A stretch of 47,658 nt of DNA, taken from IMG/VR virus record IMGVR_UViG_3300023371_000089, positions 64,001 to 111,658 of that record. One strand, 5' to 3'. Shown in pieces: positions 20,949-32,170 of this stretch. This stretch comes from a virus. Lineage: Duplodnaviria; Heunggongvirae; Uroviricota; Caudoviricetes. The translations under genes were made by a program, and so were the position numbers. The number at the start of each line of letters is the position of its first letter. Within the stretch, counting starts at the first letter, position 1. Below the pieces are notes generated by a model. The model saw only the letters and a list, made by a program, of their open reading frames with translations. It was not told the DNA's origin and did not search any database.

Positions 20949-23900
20949 CTAACTCAATTTAAGAATATAATAAACTTTGCCATTAATGTTTTTCTTTTCA
21001 GACACAAAAACCTGACAAACGGTATGAGACCTTTTCTTTGTCGTAACTTCTCCCGCCCCAAACTCATCTTTCTCTATATTATTCAAAACTCGGTGCAATG
21101 TATTTCCACCAGCTAATAAATGTAAATTGGATATTTGAACCAAGTAGTCTTTATAATCCTCTATTCCTTCCCTATTTATCAAACTTTCCCTATCTGTCAC
21201 TGTAAACGTACGATTAAATATATTTTCAATACACCTAGTTGTAAATTCAGTATTCTTAGGAGCGAACATATGTACAATATTATTGTATATATCATTCGAA
21301 GAAACCGTCTCAAGAGATGGGTTATCATTGACAATAATCTTAAAATTACCCTCTTGTCTAATACCAACTTTATAACCGTTTGTTGCATTAGATGCAAGTT
21401 CAACATAACTAGATGATAAATTAGTATTTTTATCCCTTTGAACAATTCCAACATATTTAAAGACATTTCGCCAATAAGGAAGTTTAGCAACATGAACAAG
21501 CGTACACTGTCCTTCTTTAATTTCCTTACCTTTGTTAAATGAAACATCCCCATTAAACAATGTAACATAAAGTTTATTTGAAGAATTGCCACATGTAACT
21601 AACATCATATTATTGGTATCATATGCAAGAATAAATGTTTTTAGATTACTTATATTATTAAGAAATTCATTATAAGTCCCCATTGAATTTGTGTTAGCAA
21701 TAAAGATATTATAATCACCTTCCTTAACAATTCGTCCTTCACAATATTTAGTTCCCCATGCAATATCATCTGTTTTTTCATCTTCTGAATATAATGCATA
21801 ATACAAAGGATAACTACGGGAATCGCCAGACGTCGTCTCATTCAAAGCATGATAGAGATTGTCTGTACCTAAAACAAGACCTTCATCTTCAGCGGTCAAC
21901 GTAACCACAGAACCATGAGAACTAATTACACCCTTATTAAGTTTCTTATCAACATCATACGCCTCACCTAACAACAGCACATTACTATCCTTAGGACTCG
22001 CAGCCACATTAAGATTATGTGGAGTTGCATCAGTATTAAACTCACGATAATCAACTATAGTGCGATAAAGAAGATATTTCTCATTCTCATTCAAGTCTGA
22101 AGTAGATGATGAGAAATTATTCCACCACGAACCTTTCTTCTCTAAATTATATAATGTATTATAAGAAACTATTCCTAAGCCATAGTTAGGATTACCTATT
22201 GTAAATGTGAGAGGACTACCATCACGCACAATAAATGTGTCATATCTAAACTCGCAAGAATATTTTCCATTTTTCACATCTACCGACCTTATCCAAATCT
22301 CATATTCTCCATACCCCCACAAATAAAGTCTATCACCATCTTTCCAAGTAGCCCATTTATTATCAGGATAATAATTATCTATACCATTGTAAACACATTC
22401 AAAATTCAATGGATTAGCATCAGAATCATACCCCCCTATTCGTTTAATAACCACACGATAATACTTTATATTACTTGAGTCCCCCACGATTTTAAAACTA
22501 CCGTCGATATACCCGCCATTTTCAGCAGTCTTTGGGTTATAATCACTAACAGCGGCACCAAGTTTATATTGCATTTCAGTTTCAGCAACACTCGTTCTAA
22601 AATTTGTAACTGAATTTTTATCATAAGAAACTTTCAAAAGGTCTTTACCAACAACAAGTTCCTGAGAAATTTCATTACCATATTCATCCTGTACAAGAAC
22701 CTCATAAATACCAATCGGCACCCCCTTAATTTTAAAATTATTCGAAGCCTCCTGACCCTGAATAACAGCCATTGGTTGTTTAAAACTAGTAATTGTTTGA
22801 TAATCACCCTTTCCCACATTTCCTTTATCATCACAGTCTTTACTTTCTATAATATGATAATCATCCATATAGAGCCTTGTTAATGTATAGTTCTTTACAC
22901 TCTCTCTTTCAAGACCTTTTATGGAAACTTCCACATCAAAATTCATATTATATATATTAGTTCGACCTGTCGACCACATAACAGAAAGAGACATCTCACC
23001 CTTGGGAGTTGTAATTGCCTGAGGAGCACATGGTGCGTAATATTGTCTCTTGAAAGCATCCAATGCAGTTGAACCATTTACAAGTCCGAAATAAAAATAG
23101 AACGAATTCTGATAAACAGGCATCCTATTTCCACCATAAAGGTATTTCTTATTATCACCCATTCTAAAAGTGATATAATCATTACTTTCGAACTCACTTT
23201 TTCTCACTATCGTATTACCACTCTCGAAAGCAACATCAACCCCCAAATTAGGATGAGATTCCATCAGTTCATTAAAAGTAGACTCATTCCAAAGAGATTT
23301 GGTTTCCTGTGGAAGATGTTTGGTATAAGTATACCCACTACTACTACTGATTATTTTCTCCAAAGAACCATCAAATGAATCAGGAAGAAGATATTTGAAA
23401 TCGTATTCCTTATAACCATATGAATTAACTACAGTTCTAAGCGAATTCTGATTCATGGTTGCAAACGCACTCCTAAATGTCACATCATTTATTTGGTCCT
23501 TTGAAATCAAACCATTAGGTGCAACATACAGATAGTTAACAATATCATAAGATAAATCCGCGTCAGCCTTTAATCCGGATTTATAGCCCACAGGTATTTC
23601 CAAACGTTCTGATAAAGTCGTACCAATTTCACAGGCACGTTTAAGATTCACACATGACTTGATATTTGTCTCAGCATTAGAACATGAAAGACCCAAAAAA
23701 TGCCCACCCGGTGATAAAAGTTTATCATCAGAATATTCCAATCCATTATTTTCACCATGTTCACCATCATAACCAACACCCTTATACGACCAATCAATTC
23801 CCGAAAGTTCCGTAACAGGGAAAATATCCTCATAAGCCAAAGTTAGGTCAGATTTTGCTTCCGTATCTCCTACACCATCATCAACCGGCCATTTATAGAA

Positions 23901-26900
23901 ACCGCCTTGATAAAATACATAAGTTATCTTCGAGTCTTCATATTTCTTAGGAGGAAGCATATAACCATCAGGTATAATATATGTGTTAGTTTCATTAGCA
24001 TTGGTAGGCACAATAACCCTATCAGCATCACTTACCTTGTTTTTCAAAAATTGATATTCTGCACCATCTCCCCTATTATGATTGATATCATATCCCAAAA
24101 TATCTTTAACCTGAGGGACCGTACTATCTTTCAAAATCCTCTCATAAGAACCATAACCCTTGTCTAAAGAGTCTTCAAATGTCGCAAGATACTTATCAAG
24201 TTGTCCATAAGTTGGGGTATAAGGTTTAACACCTTCCGTACGAATATAAGGGGTCACCATGCGCCCATTACTTCCTCCCCAATCATCATGGTTCCATCTG
24301 TTACCCGGACATTTGGCATTGCAAGACCATTGTTGAATAACGTTAACTGTAGGCGCGGGCCAAACTGTGTTCTCCCCCCAAGCATCCTGTTGTTGTGCAC
24401 TTACTTCCAATTCGCTATAAACATCACTCTCATCATCAACATTCGTCTGAGCCAAATTTGGTGGGAGTTGATAAGTTGTTGCGAGAAGACTGTCAAATGT
24501 TGAAGGAAGCCCATATTCATTACAATCGAAAAGCGTGCCCAACATTACAATATCAGTCGCAAAAAACGGCACTCTATTAGAACCTCTGAACTCACATGGT
24601 TTAAGATAATACACACTATCGCCCAACGATGTTCTACTCTCGTTAACAACGCCACCCTTAGAACCAAAAACCTCAATCATATCACGTCCGTTGGCTTTGT
24701 GACATCTTAATTTATTACGATGGCACCCCACTTTAGTTGTGATTTCATTATTGGAATCATAAGCCAATGAACATTGCTGTACATATCTTCTTGATACCCG
24801 TGATATAGCCGTATTATTCATACAAGCCTTCACCTTCTCAGTTATAATTGTCTGTCCTTTCTTACGTTTTTTCTTATATTTTACATTTCTCGCCCAACGA
24901 GGGAGATAAACTGTTCCATTAATCCAATCGTTATAGAAATCAAACTTAATAACCTGATATTCCTGTGCAAGATTAATTTCGACACACTGCATAAGATAGT
25001 CAGTGTTATTGGTTAAATTAATACCAATCACCGAGTTCGACTTATTATCCAACATATTATTAACTTCCACAGAGGCATTGTCTTTTGTGGAAATTGTTGT
25101 GGGGTCAACCTGTTTAATAACAACGTATTCCTGATTATTAATTTCCACTTTATCGTCTGTTAATCTAAAAACGCCATTCTCTACCTTCCCACTAATTGTA
25201 AATTTCTTTACGGCCCAATTAGACCCCCCTTCTTCTGTATATTTAATTGTATATTCTTTAGAACCTGAAGTGGTTTCACCTGTTATTCCAAGTTCTGTTT
25301 TCAATTCATTCTCAGTGAAAACATCAGCCACTTCTAATATTGTATCATAATTATTAGGGTCAACAAAAACATACTCATATGAGACATCCCCCCCATCATT
25401 AAGTGTATCAACCCACCCATAAATCTGTTCCTGAAGGGTTTGGTCATCATCAACTCCTAAGTCAGCAACAATCTCTTTATAGGTATTACAAACAGACTCA
25501 TTTTCCCACTGTCGACATGTCTTATTACTCTTCGCCGTCTTAGGTGTAACTTTCATTCCCGGAGCAAAATACCAATATTCAAGGTCAGGGCAAATTTCAT
25601 TTGAAATATATGAATAAGGCGTAGTGAAACCAAGATTTCCAATAACACTCATCAAGCCACGTTTCAATGTATTAACCACCTTAACAATCCTGACCATCAA
25701 CTTTATGATATTGCACATAAGCCAAAACATGAAAGGTATCCTTATCCTTATATTGTTATAAGGAATTGGATTATTTACCCCATGAACATTCACTTTCTTA
25801 ATTCCTGTGAATCTATCTGTCAAAATATTTCTTGCCTTTTGAAAACGAGGTATAAATGACTTAATTGTATAGACATTATTCCACATAAGGGATTTGAAAG
25901 AATGGTCTTTTGTCCTTGAACCGAAATTATAGTCTATTTCATTCTCATTATTTGGATTATGAGGTACAAGCACTTTTCCACGATGATAACTTACAGCATC
26001 AGGGTTTGTTTCATCAAGAGAAAGTCTGAAACGAACCTCACAACGGGTAGGGATACCCTTTTCAGGGTTATCAGTAGGTACCATGTTTCCATATTCATCA
26101 GTCATCATATAATCAAGATTCATCGGAATCTGAAAACACCACACACCATTACCGTCAATAAGTTGAGTACCTTTAATCTGCAACTCAGAAACTGTGTTGT
26201 CAATATTCTTTCTAATGATTTCAATAGTACCGGGACCTGTCACCATCTCACTCATTTCACCCATTCTTTTTGATGGCACACATTTCCTACTTATACCTTC
26301 GTTAGGCGTATCAGTAACTATTGAACCCATAAAGACACATGTTGGTTCAAACTTAAAAGCAACATCTATATCCTTTCTTGTTATTCCAATCTGTGTCCCT
26401 TCCTTAGCGTCGCCCCAAAACGGTTTTACATCAACAGTCGTGTCCTGCGAGAAAACCTGTGAAAGTGTTGAAAGTTCAGTATCAACCTTGAATTGATTAG
26501 GATTCTCAAATTGTTCTATCGTATAACCCTTATAAATAAAATCCCTCGGCCTCTGTGAAAGTTTTCCACAGTCTGATATATCAAGGTCCATATGAAGGGT
26601 ATAGTTCCCTGTTGGAATACCGAAGAACATGTAATCACCCGCTTCATTTGTACGGGTCGTATATTTGTAATATTCGTCAAAAATCTCAAGAACCGACGTA
26701 TCATCAAGCATCAATCTTTTGTTAGGGAAAGTTCCCACAACGCGATGACAGTCATCTTTCTGTAGGTCAGGAAGAAGATTATAACGTCTACCATCTCTAT
26801 CCTTACCATTTATTATATCATAAGGATAAAGTATTTCTTTTACTATGTCATTAGTATCATTTTTCTCAATGAAAAGCGAAAGTTTTGCATTAGGTACACC

Positions 26901-27089
26901 AAAACCATTGTTGGCAAGAACTCTTCCCACAACAACGCCATAGTCGCCCACATTATATCTGTAGGTTCCTCTTTGGTCTATTTTCATTGACAGGATTTCC
27001 AAAACATCATATTCTTGCGTTAAATTAACAGTAACATATTGGTCCTGCCCCACATTTGTTCTAATTCTCAACGATTTATTGTTCTCCAT
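20949..27089 (-). CDS. Very large baseplate/tail-associated protein with N-terminal carboxypeptidase-regulatory-like beta-sandwich (2046 aa)
   Basis: VVGRVLANNGFGVPNAKLS...YTTRTNEAGDYMFFGIPTGNYTLHMD pattern. Located directly after the wedge genes. Confidence 0.65.
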   Translation of the reverse strand: MENNKSLRIRTNVGQDQYVTVNLTQEYDVLEILSMKIDQRGTYRYNVGDYGVVVGRVLANNGFGVPNAKLSLFIEKNDTNDIVKEILYPYDIINGKDRDGRRYNLLPDLQKDDCHRVVGTFPNKRLMLDDTSVLEIFDEYYKYTTRTNEAGDYMFFGIPTGNYTLHMDLDISDCGKLSQRPRDFIYKGYTIEQFENPNQFKVDTELSTLSQVFSQDTTVDVKPFWGDAKEGTQIGITRKDIDVAFKFEPTCVFMGSIVTDTPNEGISRKCVPSKRMGEMSEMVTGPGTIEIIRKNIDNTVSELQIKGTQLIDGNGVWCFQIPMNLDYMMTDEYGNMVPTDNPEKGIPTRCEVRFRLSLDETNPDAVSYHRGKVLVPHNPNNENEIDYNFGSRTKDHSFKSLMWNNVYTIKSFIPRFQKARNILTDRFTGIKKVNVHGVNNPIPYNNIRIRIPFMFWLMCNIIKLMVRIVKVVNTLKRGLMSVIGNLGFTTPYSYISNEICPDLEYWYFAPGMKVTPKTAKSNKTCRQWENESVCNTYKEIVADLGVDDDQTLQEQIYGWVDTLNDGGDVSYEYVFVDPNNYDTILEVADVFTENELKTELGITGETTSGSKEYTIKYTEEGGSNWAVKKFTISGKVENGVFRLTDDKVEINNQEYVVIKQVDPTTISTKDNASVEVNNMLDNKSNSVIGINLTNNTDYLMQCVEINLAQEYQVIKFDFYNDWINGTVYLPRWARNVKYKKKRKKGQTIITEKVKACMNNTAISRVSRRYVQQCSLAYDSNNEITTKVGCHRNKLRCHKANGRDMIEVFGSKGGVVNESRTSLGDSVYYLKPCEFRGSNRVPFFATDIVMLGTLFDCNEYGLPSTFDSLLATTYQLPPNLAQTNVDDESDVYSELEVSAQQQDAWGENTVWPAPTVNVIQQWSCNAKCPGNRWNHDDWGGSNGRMVTPYIRTEGVKPYTPTYGQLDKYLATFEDSLDKGYGSYERILKDSTVPQVKDILGYDINHNRGDGAEYQFLKNKVSDADRVIVPTNANETNTYIIPDGYMLPPKKYEDSKITYVFYQGGFYKWPVDDGVGDTEAKSDLTLAYEDIFPVTELSGIDWSYKGVGYDGEHGENNGLEYSDDKLLSPGGHFLGLSCSNAETNIKSCVNLKRACEIGTTLSERLEIPVGYKSGLKADADLSYDIVNYLYVAPNGLISKDQINDVTFRSAFATMNQNSLRTVVNSYGYKEYDFKYLLPDSFDGSLEKIISSSSGYTYTKHLPQETKSLWNESTFNELMESHPNLGVDVAFESGNTIVRKSEFESNDYITFRMGDNKKYLYGGNRMPVYQNSFYFYFGLVNGSTALDAFKRQYYAPCAPQAITTPKGEMSLSVMWSTGRTNIYNMNFDVEVSIKGLERESVKNYTLTRLYMDDYHIIESKDCDDKGNVGKGDYQTITSFKQPMAVIQGQEASNNFKIKGVPIGIYEVLVQDEYGNEISQELVVGKDLLKVSYDKNSVTNFRTSVAETEMQYKLGAAVSDYNPKTAENGGYIDGSFKIVGDSSNIKYYRVVIKRIGGYDSDANPLNFECVYNGIDNYYPDNKWATWKDGDRLYLWGYGEYEIWIRSVDVKNGKYSCEFRYDTFIVRDGSPLTFTIGNPNYGLGIVSYNTLYNLEKKGSWWNNFSSSTSDLNENEKYLLYRTIVDYREFNTDATPHNLNVAASPKDSNVLLLGEAYDVDKKLNKGVISSHGSVVTLTAEDEGLVLGTDNLYHALNETTSGDSRSYPLYYALYSEDEKTDDIAWGTKYCEGRIVKEGDYNIFIANTNSMGTYNEFLNNISNLKTFILAYDTNNMMLVTCGNSSNKLYVTLFNGDVSFNKGKEIKEGQCTLVHVAKLPYWRNVFKYVGIVQRDKNTNLSSSYVELASNATNGYKVGIRQEGNFKIIVNDNPSLETVSSNDIYNNIVHMFAPKNTEFTTRCIENIFNRTFTVTDRESLINREGIEDYKDYLVQISNLHLLAGGNTLHRVLNNIEKDEFGAGEVTTKKRSHTVCQVFVSEKKNINGKVYYILKLS

Positions 27090-27096
27090 ATTATAC

Positions 27097-27339
27097 CTAT
27101 ATTCGAACTTTTATTGCCTTAAAGAGTGAGATGGTTTCTTTTTTTAAAAAAGCCTTTACAAAAACAAGATAAAATAATACAATGGGGAAGAAAAGAATAA
27201 TTATAATCCACATGAAGACAGCCTGAAAAGCCATCTTCACTTTCTCCTTTGTAGGAATATTCTCTTTTGTCTCAGGTTCATAACCATAATATTTTTTGGT
27301 CGCCCTGACATAATCGGTTGCCTTACAATTACACCCCAT
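27097..27339 (-). CDS. Small single-pass membrane protein with N-terminal CxC (80 aa)
   Basis: Starts MGCNCK; hydrophobic stretch AVFMWIIIILFFPIVLFYLVFV; basic C-terminus. Confidence 0.75.
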   Translation of the reverse strand: MGCNCKATDYVRATKKYYGYEPETKENIPTKEKVKMAFQAVFMWIIIILFFPIVLFYLVFVKAFLKKETISLFKAIKVRI

Positions 27340-27340
27340 G

Positions 27341-29344
27341 TTATTTAAGTTTAACTCGTATCCTAATGTCCTGCTCAGGATATTTTATTTCTATCATAGT
27401 ATCATTTTCACTATAAAGAATATGGTCTGATACTGATAGGTCAATCTGACTTCTATTCATCGCCACTTCACCCGCCGTTGCCCCATAACATTCAGTCTTA
27501 GACATGATTTGCTGTGTCGTCTGTGTTGGCGAATAATTAGGGCCATACTCATTATAAACCCTGAGGTCTATCAAGTTTTTAACACCATCAATCAACGAAA
27601 TTTCCTTCTCAAGGTCACCAAGGAAAATATCGTCACCCATCTGATGAGTATCAATATTCATATATTCCTTAACCTTATTAATGATATTGGTAACTACATC
27701 CGCACTATTATAACTCTTGCTTATATAGCAATCTATTTCAAATGAAACATTAATAATACGCCCCGCCTTCATCTCCACGTAATCGTTAATCATTCTATAT
27801 TCAGAAAGATAAGACTCAAGGTTCTTAGCAAACGCAGCCGGTATTGATGGCGTAAGTTTACCATTCATATCAAGACCGAGGAGATAAATCATTATCTTAT
27901 TATTTTCTTCAGTAACACCAACACGATAAGGGGTACCAAATGCTGATGGAAGTTCCATGATACGACTACGGTAATCATTTAACGTGACACATCTATCCTG
28001 CGCCCCCTTATTATATTTAATATAGTTTCTAAGTTCCTCACCCGAAAGCATATCCCTACCTGATACTGCAGGAGTCGTATTTGTTACAGTAAATGAGTTT
28101 CTTATCTTAGCAACAGTATCGCTCTGCAACGTCTCATACTTACAATCACTAAAACCAACATTAAGATATTGAATCTTATTAATTGACCCCTTAGGTAGGT
28201 TACTATTAGCACCCGCACCCATCTTATAAAGGATATACATGGTCGTATTCGGTTTAGGAGTAATACCAAGTCCATCATTATTAATCATCCTCGTTATAAG
28301 ATACTTGCTAAAAGAAGCAGCATCACCAAGTGTATAATCATCTTCAATATATTTGTGCCCTGCACCAAAAATAACTTTCAAATATCCTTTATCAGTATAT
28401 TCAGTTATAAACTTCTGACGAAGCGGTTTCCATTCACCTTTTGAAATACATGCCGTTGGTACAGTAACTCCATTTTCACTAACATAACCATATGTTGTTG
28501 TTACAGGAAGATACTTATCATCCAAAACCTTTCCCCAACGGTAAGGCTGAACAAGTGCATCAACTTCAAAGAAACGATATATATCCTTTTTACTCTGTGT
28601 ATATTCAGCAGGCATATATTCTGTCTCCATCATAAATTCATCAAAAGAGGGTTCCAATTGGTAGTTAACGCCTTCCTTAAAAATAACAGACTCAACAGAC
28701 ATTACGTCATCAAATGGGAGGAGTATTTCCATGAATGGTTTCACGTCAGACTTAGTTATCTCTTTCTTGTATATAGCCGTCGTACCCGCAGTAATGACAA
28801 AATGTTTTGAAACCCTAAACCCAGTGATATCGTCATTTGAGTTCTTAACAACCTCTATTGTTCTATTAGGCACACCATTTTCATCAAAAGCCTGACTGAA
28901 GTCAACATCATGGTCGAGTTCAAATATTACAGTACCATTAGTAAACTTACTTCCCCTTTTCACAACAGGAGCAAGGGCCCAATTTGGAGTACGTCTTGTT
29001 GAAACCGCATTCTGTACCTCACTATTAACAGGTAAGATACAAGTTAATTTCAATTCAGTAACAGAACCTTTAGGCCCCGGTATCTTAACACCATTATTTC
29101 TTGCAAGATTATAAAGAGATGAAGTCTGCTGCGCAGTATTGACGTTAGTTTCTTGAAACGCTCTGTCTATATGATAACTAAGACTATCAGAAACGCCTGC
29201 AACTACATCCATAAGCCAAGAACCTACCGATGCATCATTAAGACTTTCTGAAATTTCAGGGTAATATTGTTTAGTAAAATCGACCAATGCCTCACGAAAA
29301 TCCGTGAAATCTTTATTAACGTAAGATATTTTTCTATCTGCCAT
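27341..29344 (-). CDS. Baseplate wedge subunit (T4 gp6 / baseplate J-like) (667 aa)
   Basis: ISYVNKDFTDFREALVDF...SLSYHIDRAFQE N-terminus and AQDRCVTLNDY motif of gp6-like proteins. Adjacent to a gp25-like gene. ATG at 29344. Confidence 0.85.
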   Translation of the reverse strand: MADRKISYVNKDFTDFREALVDFTKQYYPEISESLNDASVGSWLMDVVAGVSDSLSYHIDRAFQETNVNTAQQTSSLYNLARNNGVKIPGPKGSVTELKLTCILPVNSEVQNAVSTRRTPNWALAPVVKRGSKFTNGTVIFELDHDVDFSQAFDENGVPNRTIEVVKNSNDDITGFRVSKHFVITAGTTAIYKKEITKSDVKPFMEILLPFDDVMSVESVIFKEGVNYQLEPSFDEFMMETEYMPAEYTQSKKDIYRFFEVDALVQPYRWGKVLDDKYLPVTTTYGYVSENGVTVPTACISKGEWKPLRQKFITEYTDKGYLKVIFGAGHKYIEDDYTLGDAASFSKYLITRMINNDGLGITPKPNTTMYILYKMGAGANSNLPKGSINKIQYLNVGFSDCKYETLQSDTVAKIRNSFTVTNTTPAVSGRDMLSGEELRNYIKYNKGAQDRCVTLNDYRSRIMELPSAFGTPYRVGVTEENNKIMIYLLGLDMNGKLTPSIPAAFAKNLESYLSEYRMINDYVEMKAGRIINVSFEIDCYISKSYNSADVVTNIINKVKEYMNIDTHQMGDDIFLGDLEKEISLIDGVKNLIDLRVYNEYGPNYSPTQTTQQIMSKTECYGATAGEVAMNRSQIDLSVSDHILYSENDTMIEIKYPEQDIRIRVKLK

Positions 29345-29351
29345 AATCAAA

Positions 29352-29744
29352 TTAAATAACTCTTATCTGTATATTATCAGGTTCCTCAGTTTCCCCTTTC
29401 ATTATGCTGTAGCTTATATCTGCATAAACCCTATTTTCATTCTCCTCATCCATATAAAGAGATATGTCCTTAAATATTATCCTTGGAAGGTACTTAGATA
29501 CCTGTGATTTTATTTCACTCTTAATAGCACTCCATGCTTCATCATCGTTTGGTTCAAAAATATACTTAATCAAATTAGTACCAAAGTCGGGGTTCCTATA
29601 ACGCTGTCCCTTAGGCGTAAATATAATATGAAGCAATTCGCTCCTCATTTTATCTACATAAGTTTCATTAAGGTCAACGAAATAATTATTTTCAGACTCA
29701 TTCTGAAAAGGGTATTTTATACCAAAATATTGTTGTTTTGCCAT
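29352..29744 (-). CDS. Baseplate wedge / sheath-initiator protein (T4 gp25-like)
   Basis: GIKYPF...LLHIIFTPKGQRYRNPDFGTNLIKYIFEP matches the T..GeR...PdFG gp25 motif. Confidence 0.92.
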   Translation of the reverse strand: MAKQQYFGIKYPFQNESENNYFVDLNETYVDKMRSELLHIIFTPKGQRYRNPDFGTNLIKYIFEPNDDEAWSAIKSEIKSQVSKYLPRIIFKDISLYMDEENENRVYADISYSIMKGETEEPDNIQIRVI

Positions 29745-29762
29745 ATCATTAAAAACTACGTC

Positions 29763-29770
29763 TATAAATA
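29763..29770 (-). promoter_or_regulatory. Putative late-promoter motif TATTTATA heading the baseplate operon
   Basis: 18 nt before the gp25-like ATG, downstream of the helicase terminator. Confidence 0.65.
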
Positions 29771-29827
29771 GGTTAAAACTTATTTTCGTAGGTTATAATA
29801 AATTAACAATAAAACAAAAAACAGTAA

Positions 29828-29856
29828 ATAAAAAACCACCGCTTAAGCGGTGGTTT
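29828..29856 (-). terminator. Intrinsic terminator after the helicase
   Basis: AAACCACCGC-TTAA-GCGGTGGTTT followed by TTTATTT on the minus strand. Confidence 0.9.
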
Positions 29857-29859
29857 ACA

Positions 29860-31344
29860 TTAAAATACATCTGATTTAAATTCTTCAGCATCATTTTTCT
29901 GACGTATCTGTTTTGCCAAATCCATTAATTCCCGATGATGCCGAGCCTCAACCTCATCAGCCCTTTCAAAATAAGTCATAGCAGTGTCAAAAGTCTCAAC
30001 TTCGTCACAAGAAATTGTTGCAGTACCATTATCATACCTGATTCCCTCAAAAATCGCGCCCGATTTTCCATTACGATTCTTCAGAACAGCAAGAGTGGCC
30101 TTATTTTTATCAACATCGTCAAGTGAACGTGCAATTGAAATCACAACCTGACAAATCTGTGTCTTGGTAAATGAACCACCAACTTGGTCCATAGTAACAA
30201 CATCAGTACTTGTCACACTACCTCTATTACCCTGAGTTGGAATCCAAATGGCAATATTTAAATTTTTTGCCATATTCTCTATACGCCTCATTGTAATCGC
30301 ATCCCTTGTATAATCCTTTTCCTGATTATACGCAGTCCTCTCAGGAACAAGACATTCAAAGTAGTCAATAATCACAAGGTCAGGGGAAAAACCTCTATTA
30401 CGGAGTTTCTTAATATACTTTTCAATGTCAGATGCACTTTTAGTACCTGTATTGAAACGCTTGATTCTAAGATTCTTTGTAAGAAGTTCTCTATCCTTAT
30501 AATTAAGGAGTTGTTCTTTAATTTGTTGTCCAACCTCTTTATCCTTAATAATCATTCGGGCTTCAACCTGCGTAAGTTTTGAAAAATGTTTTCTTGTAAT
30601 ATCAACATCATCATCCTCAAAATAAATCTGCAGAACCTTGAATCCCTCATAATCATTTTGTGGAAGGCGGCATGTTGCAGCATTAGATGCTACGCACGTT
30701 GAAAACGTTGTTTTACCAAAACCCGCAGAACCAATAAGAAGCCCAACTTTTCCCTTGTTAAGCCCCCCTCCTGCAAGGAGTTCATCCAACTTAGATACGC
30801 CTGTTGGAATTGCCACCACACTATCAGGGGAAACGGCTTCATCAAGTAGGTCAAAAATTGACTTACCATCGTCATCTTCTTCCCCTATTGCAGCCGCATC
30901 ATCAAAGAGTTTCTGACACTCGTCATATCGCTCAATATCACCCTCACGTGCAATATCAAGAATTGTTTTCGATACTCTAATCAGGTTTTGTTGACGGAAA
31001 AACTTAACAGCCAATTCTTTAACCGTTTCAATACCTTCGGTGGACTTTTCCTTAAGATGAGATACAAAAGATTCATTCTGTTCAACATCAATCTGGGTTG
31101 ATGCCTTACTGTTGAGTAACATTTTAATTGTCTCATAAGTGGGGCAAGCATCCCACTCCTTAAAATAATCTTTCAATGTTCCCACAAAAGTCCTCATAAG
31201 AGGCTCTGAAAATACATTCTGATTTACAATGGGGTAGAGTTCCTTGAAGAAACCTGGTTCCTCCACAAACGCTTTAATAAGTTTATATTGGAAATCAACT
31301 CCAAGGAACCCCAAATTGTCTTTATTAATTGTTTTATTACCCAT
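29860..31344 (-). CDS. DnaB-like replicative helicase (T4 gp41-like) (494 aa)
   Basis: Walker A GSAGFGKTT, DLVIIDY Walker B, IWIPTQ and KNRNG motifs. Confidence 0.92.
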   Translation of the reverse strand: MGNKTINKDNLGFLGVDFQYKLIKAFVEEPGFFKELYPIVNQNVFSEPLMRTFVGTLKDYFKEWDACPTYETIKMLLNSKASTQIDVEQNESFVSHLKEKSTEGIETVKELAVKFFRQQNLIRVSKTILDIAREGDIERYDECQKLFDDAAAIGEEDDDGKSIFDLLDEAVSPDSVVAIPTGVSKLDELLAGGGLNKGKVGLLIGSAGFGKTTFSTCVASNAATCRLPQNDYEGFKVLQIYFEDDDVDITRKHFSKLTQVEARMIIKDKEVGQQIKEQLLNYKDRELLTKNLRIKRFNTGTKSASDIEKYIKKLRNRGFSPDLVIIDYFECLVPERTAYNQEKDYTRDAITMRRIENMAKNLNIAIWIPTQGNRGSVTSTDVVTMDQVGGSFTKTQICQVVISIARSLDDVDKNKATLAVLKNRNGKSGAIFEGIRYDNGTATISCDEVETFDTAMTYFERADEVEARHHRELMDLAKQIRQKNDAEEFKSDVF

Positions 31345-31358
31345 ATTTTGTTTTTGTT

Positions 31359-32084
31359 TTATGCCTTAACAGTAGTGTACCATGAGTTCTCATTGCTACA
31401 GGTACTCTGAATCTCCTTGATAATCCTGTAAACATAGTCAGGACGACCACCGAAAATCTTGTAAGACATAAACGCATCAAAACCAAGTGTAAAGGCATCA
31501 ACCTTATCATAACGACCTCTCTTATTTGTGAGGTCAATTGAATTTCTCACATAACGAGGATAAACCCCTGTCCATACTGTTGAACACACCTCCTGCCCAT
31601 TATCAAGGAACGACAACTTATATTCAACATAATCCTCAGAAGTAAGAGGGTTTGTAAACTCACCATCATCAAACTTAAAAGTGAGAGGCATTACCGAACC
31701 ACCAACAACATTACCTTCGGCATCAATCTCATGCTTCCATGCAAAATCGTGGTCCTCTACGTTCTTTACAACAATACCGTTACCTCCACGCATTCTCTTC
31801 TGATTATAAGGGTCAGCAAAAAAACGGTACATCTCATCCTCATCATTAAAAATCTGAGGGCACATCATCTCCATGTAAATGGCAGACTTATCCTTAAGGT
31901 CCTTGTCAATCATATCCGCAAGAAATCTCATTGTATCAAGAATATCCTCAGACTTGAGACTTGTTGGATTAAAATTGAAAATCTTGAAATACCTCTGACA
32001 AATAATATTGTCACCTACAGTCAACTTGAACTCGAAGCGTTCTTTATAGTCTTTCGCTTCAACAGACTTCTTTACTTCAACCAT
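31359..32084 (-). CDS. Hypothetical protein upstream of and co-transcribed with the helicase (241 aa)
   Basis: Open ORF with its own host-type promoter, 14 nt from the helicase start. Confidence 0.8.
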   Translation of the reverse strand: MVEVKKSVEAKDYKERFEFKLTVGDNIICQRYFKIFNFNPTSLKSEDILDTMRFLADMIDKDLKDKSAIYMEMMCPQIFNDEDEMYRFFADPYNQKRMRGGNGIVVKNVEDHDFAWKHEIDAEGNVVGGSVMPLTFKFDDGEFTNPLTSEDYVEYKLSFLDNGQEVCSTVWTGVYPRYVRNSIDLTNKRGRYDKVDAFTLGFDAFMSYKIFGGRPDYVYRIIKEIQSTCSNENSWYTTVKA

Positions 32085-32138
32085 TTTGAAATACTATTAA
32101 TTGTTAAACATACTAAAAATTCCATTGATTCTTAAATG

Positions 32139-32169
32139 CAAAGATAAAAATATTATTTGATAATACAAA
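32139..32169 (-). promoter_or_regulatory. Bacteroidota primary-sigma promoter for the hypothetical/helicase pair
   Basis: TTTG (32169-32166), 19-nt spacer, TATCTTTG (32146-32139). Confidence 0.85.
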
Positions 32170-32170
32170 A

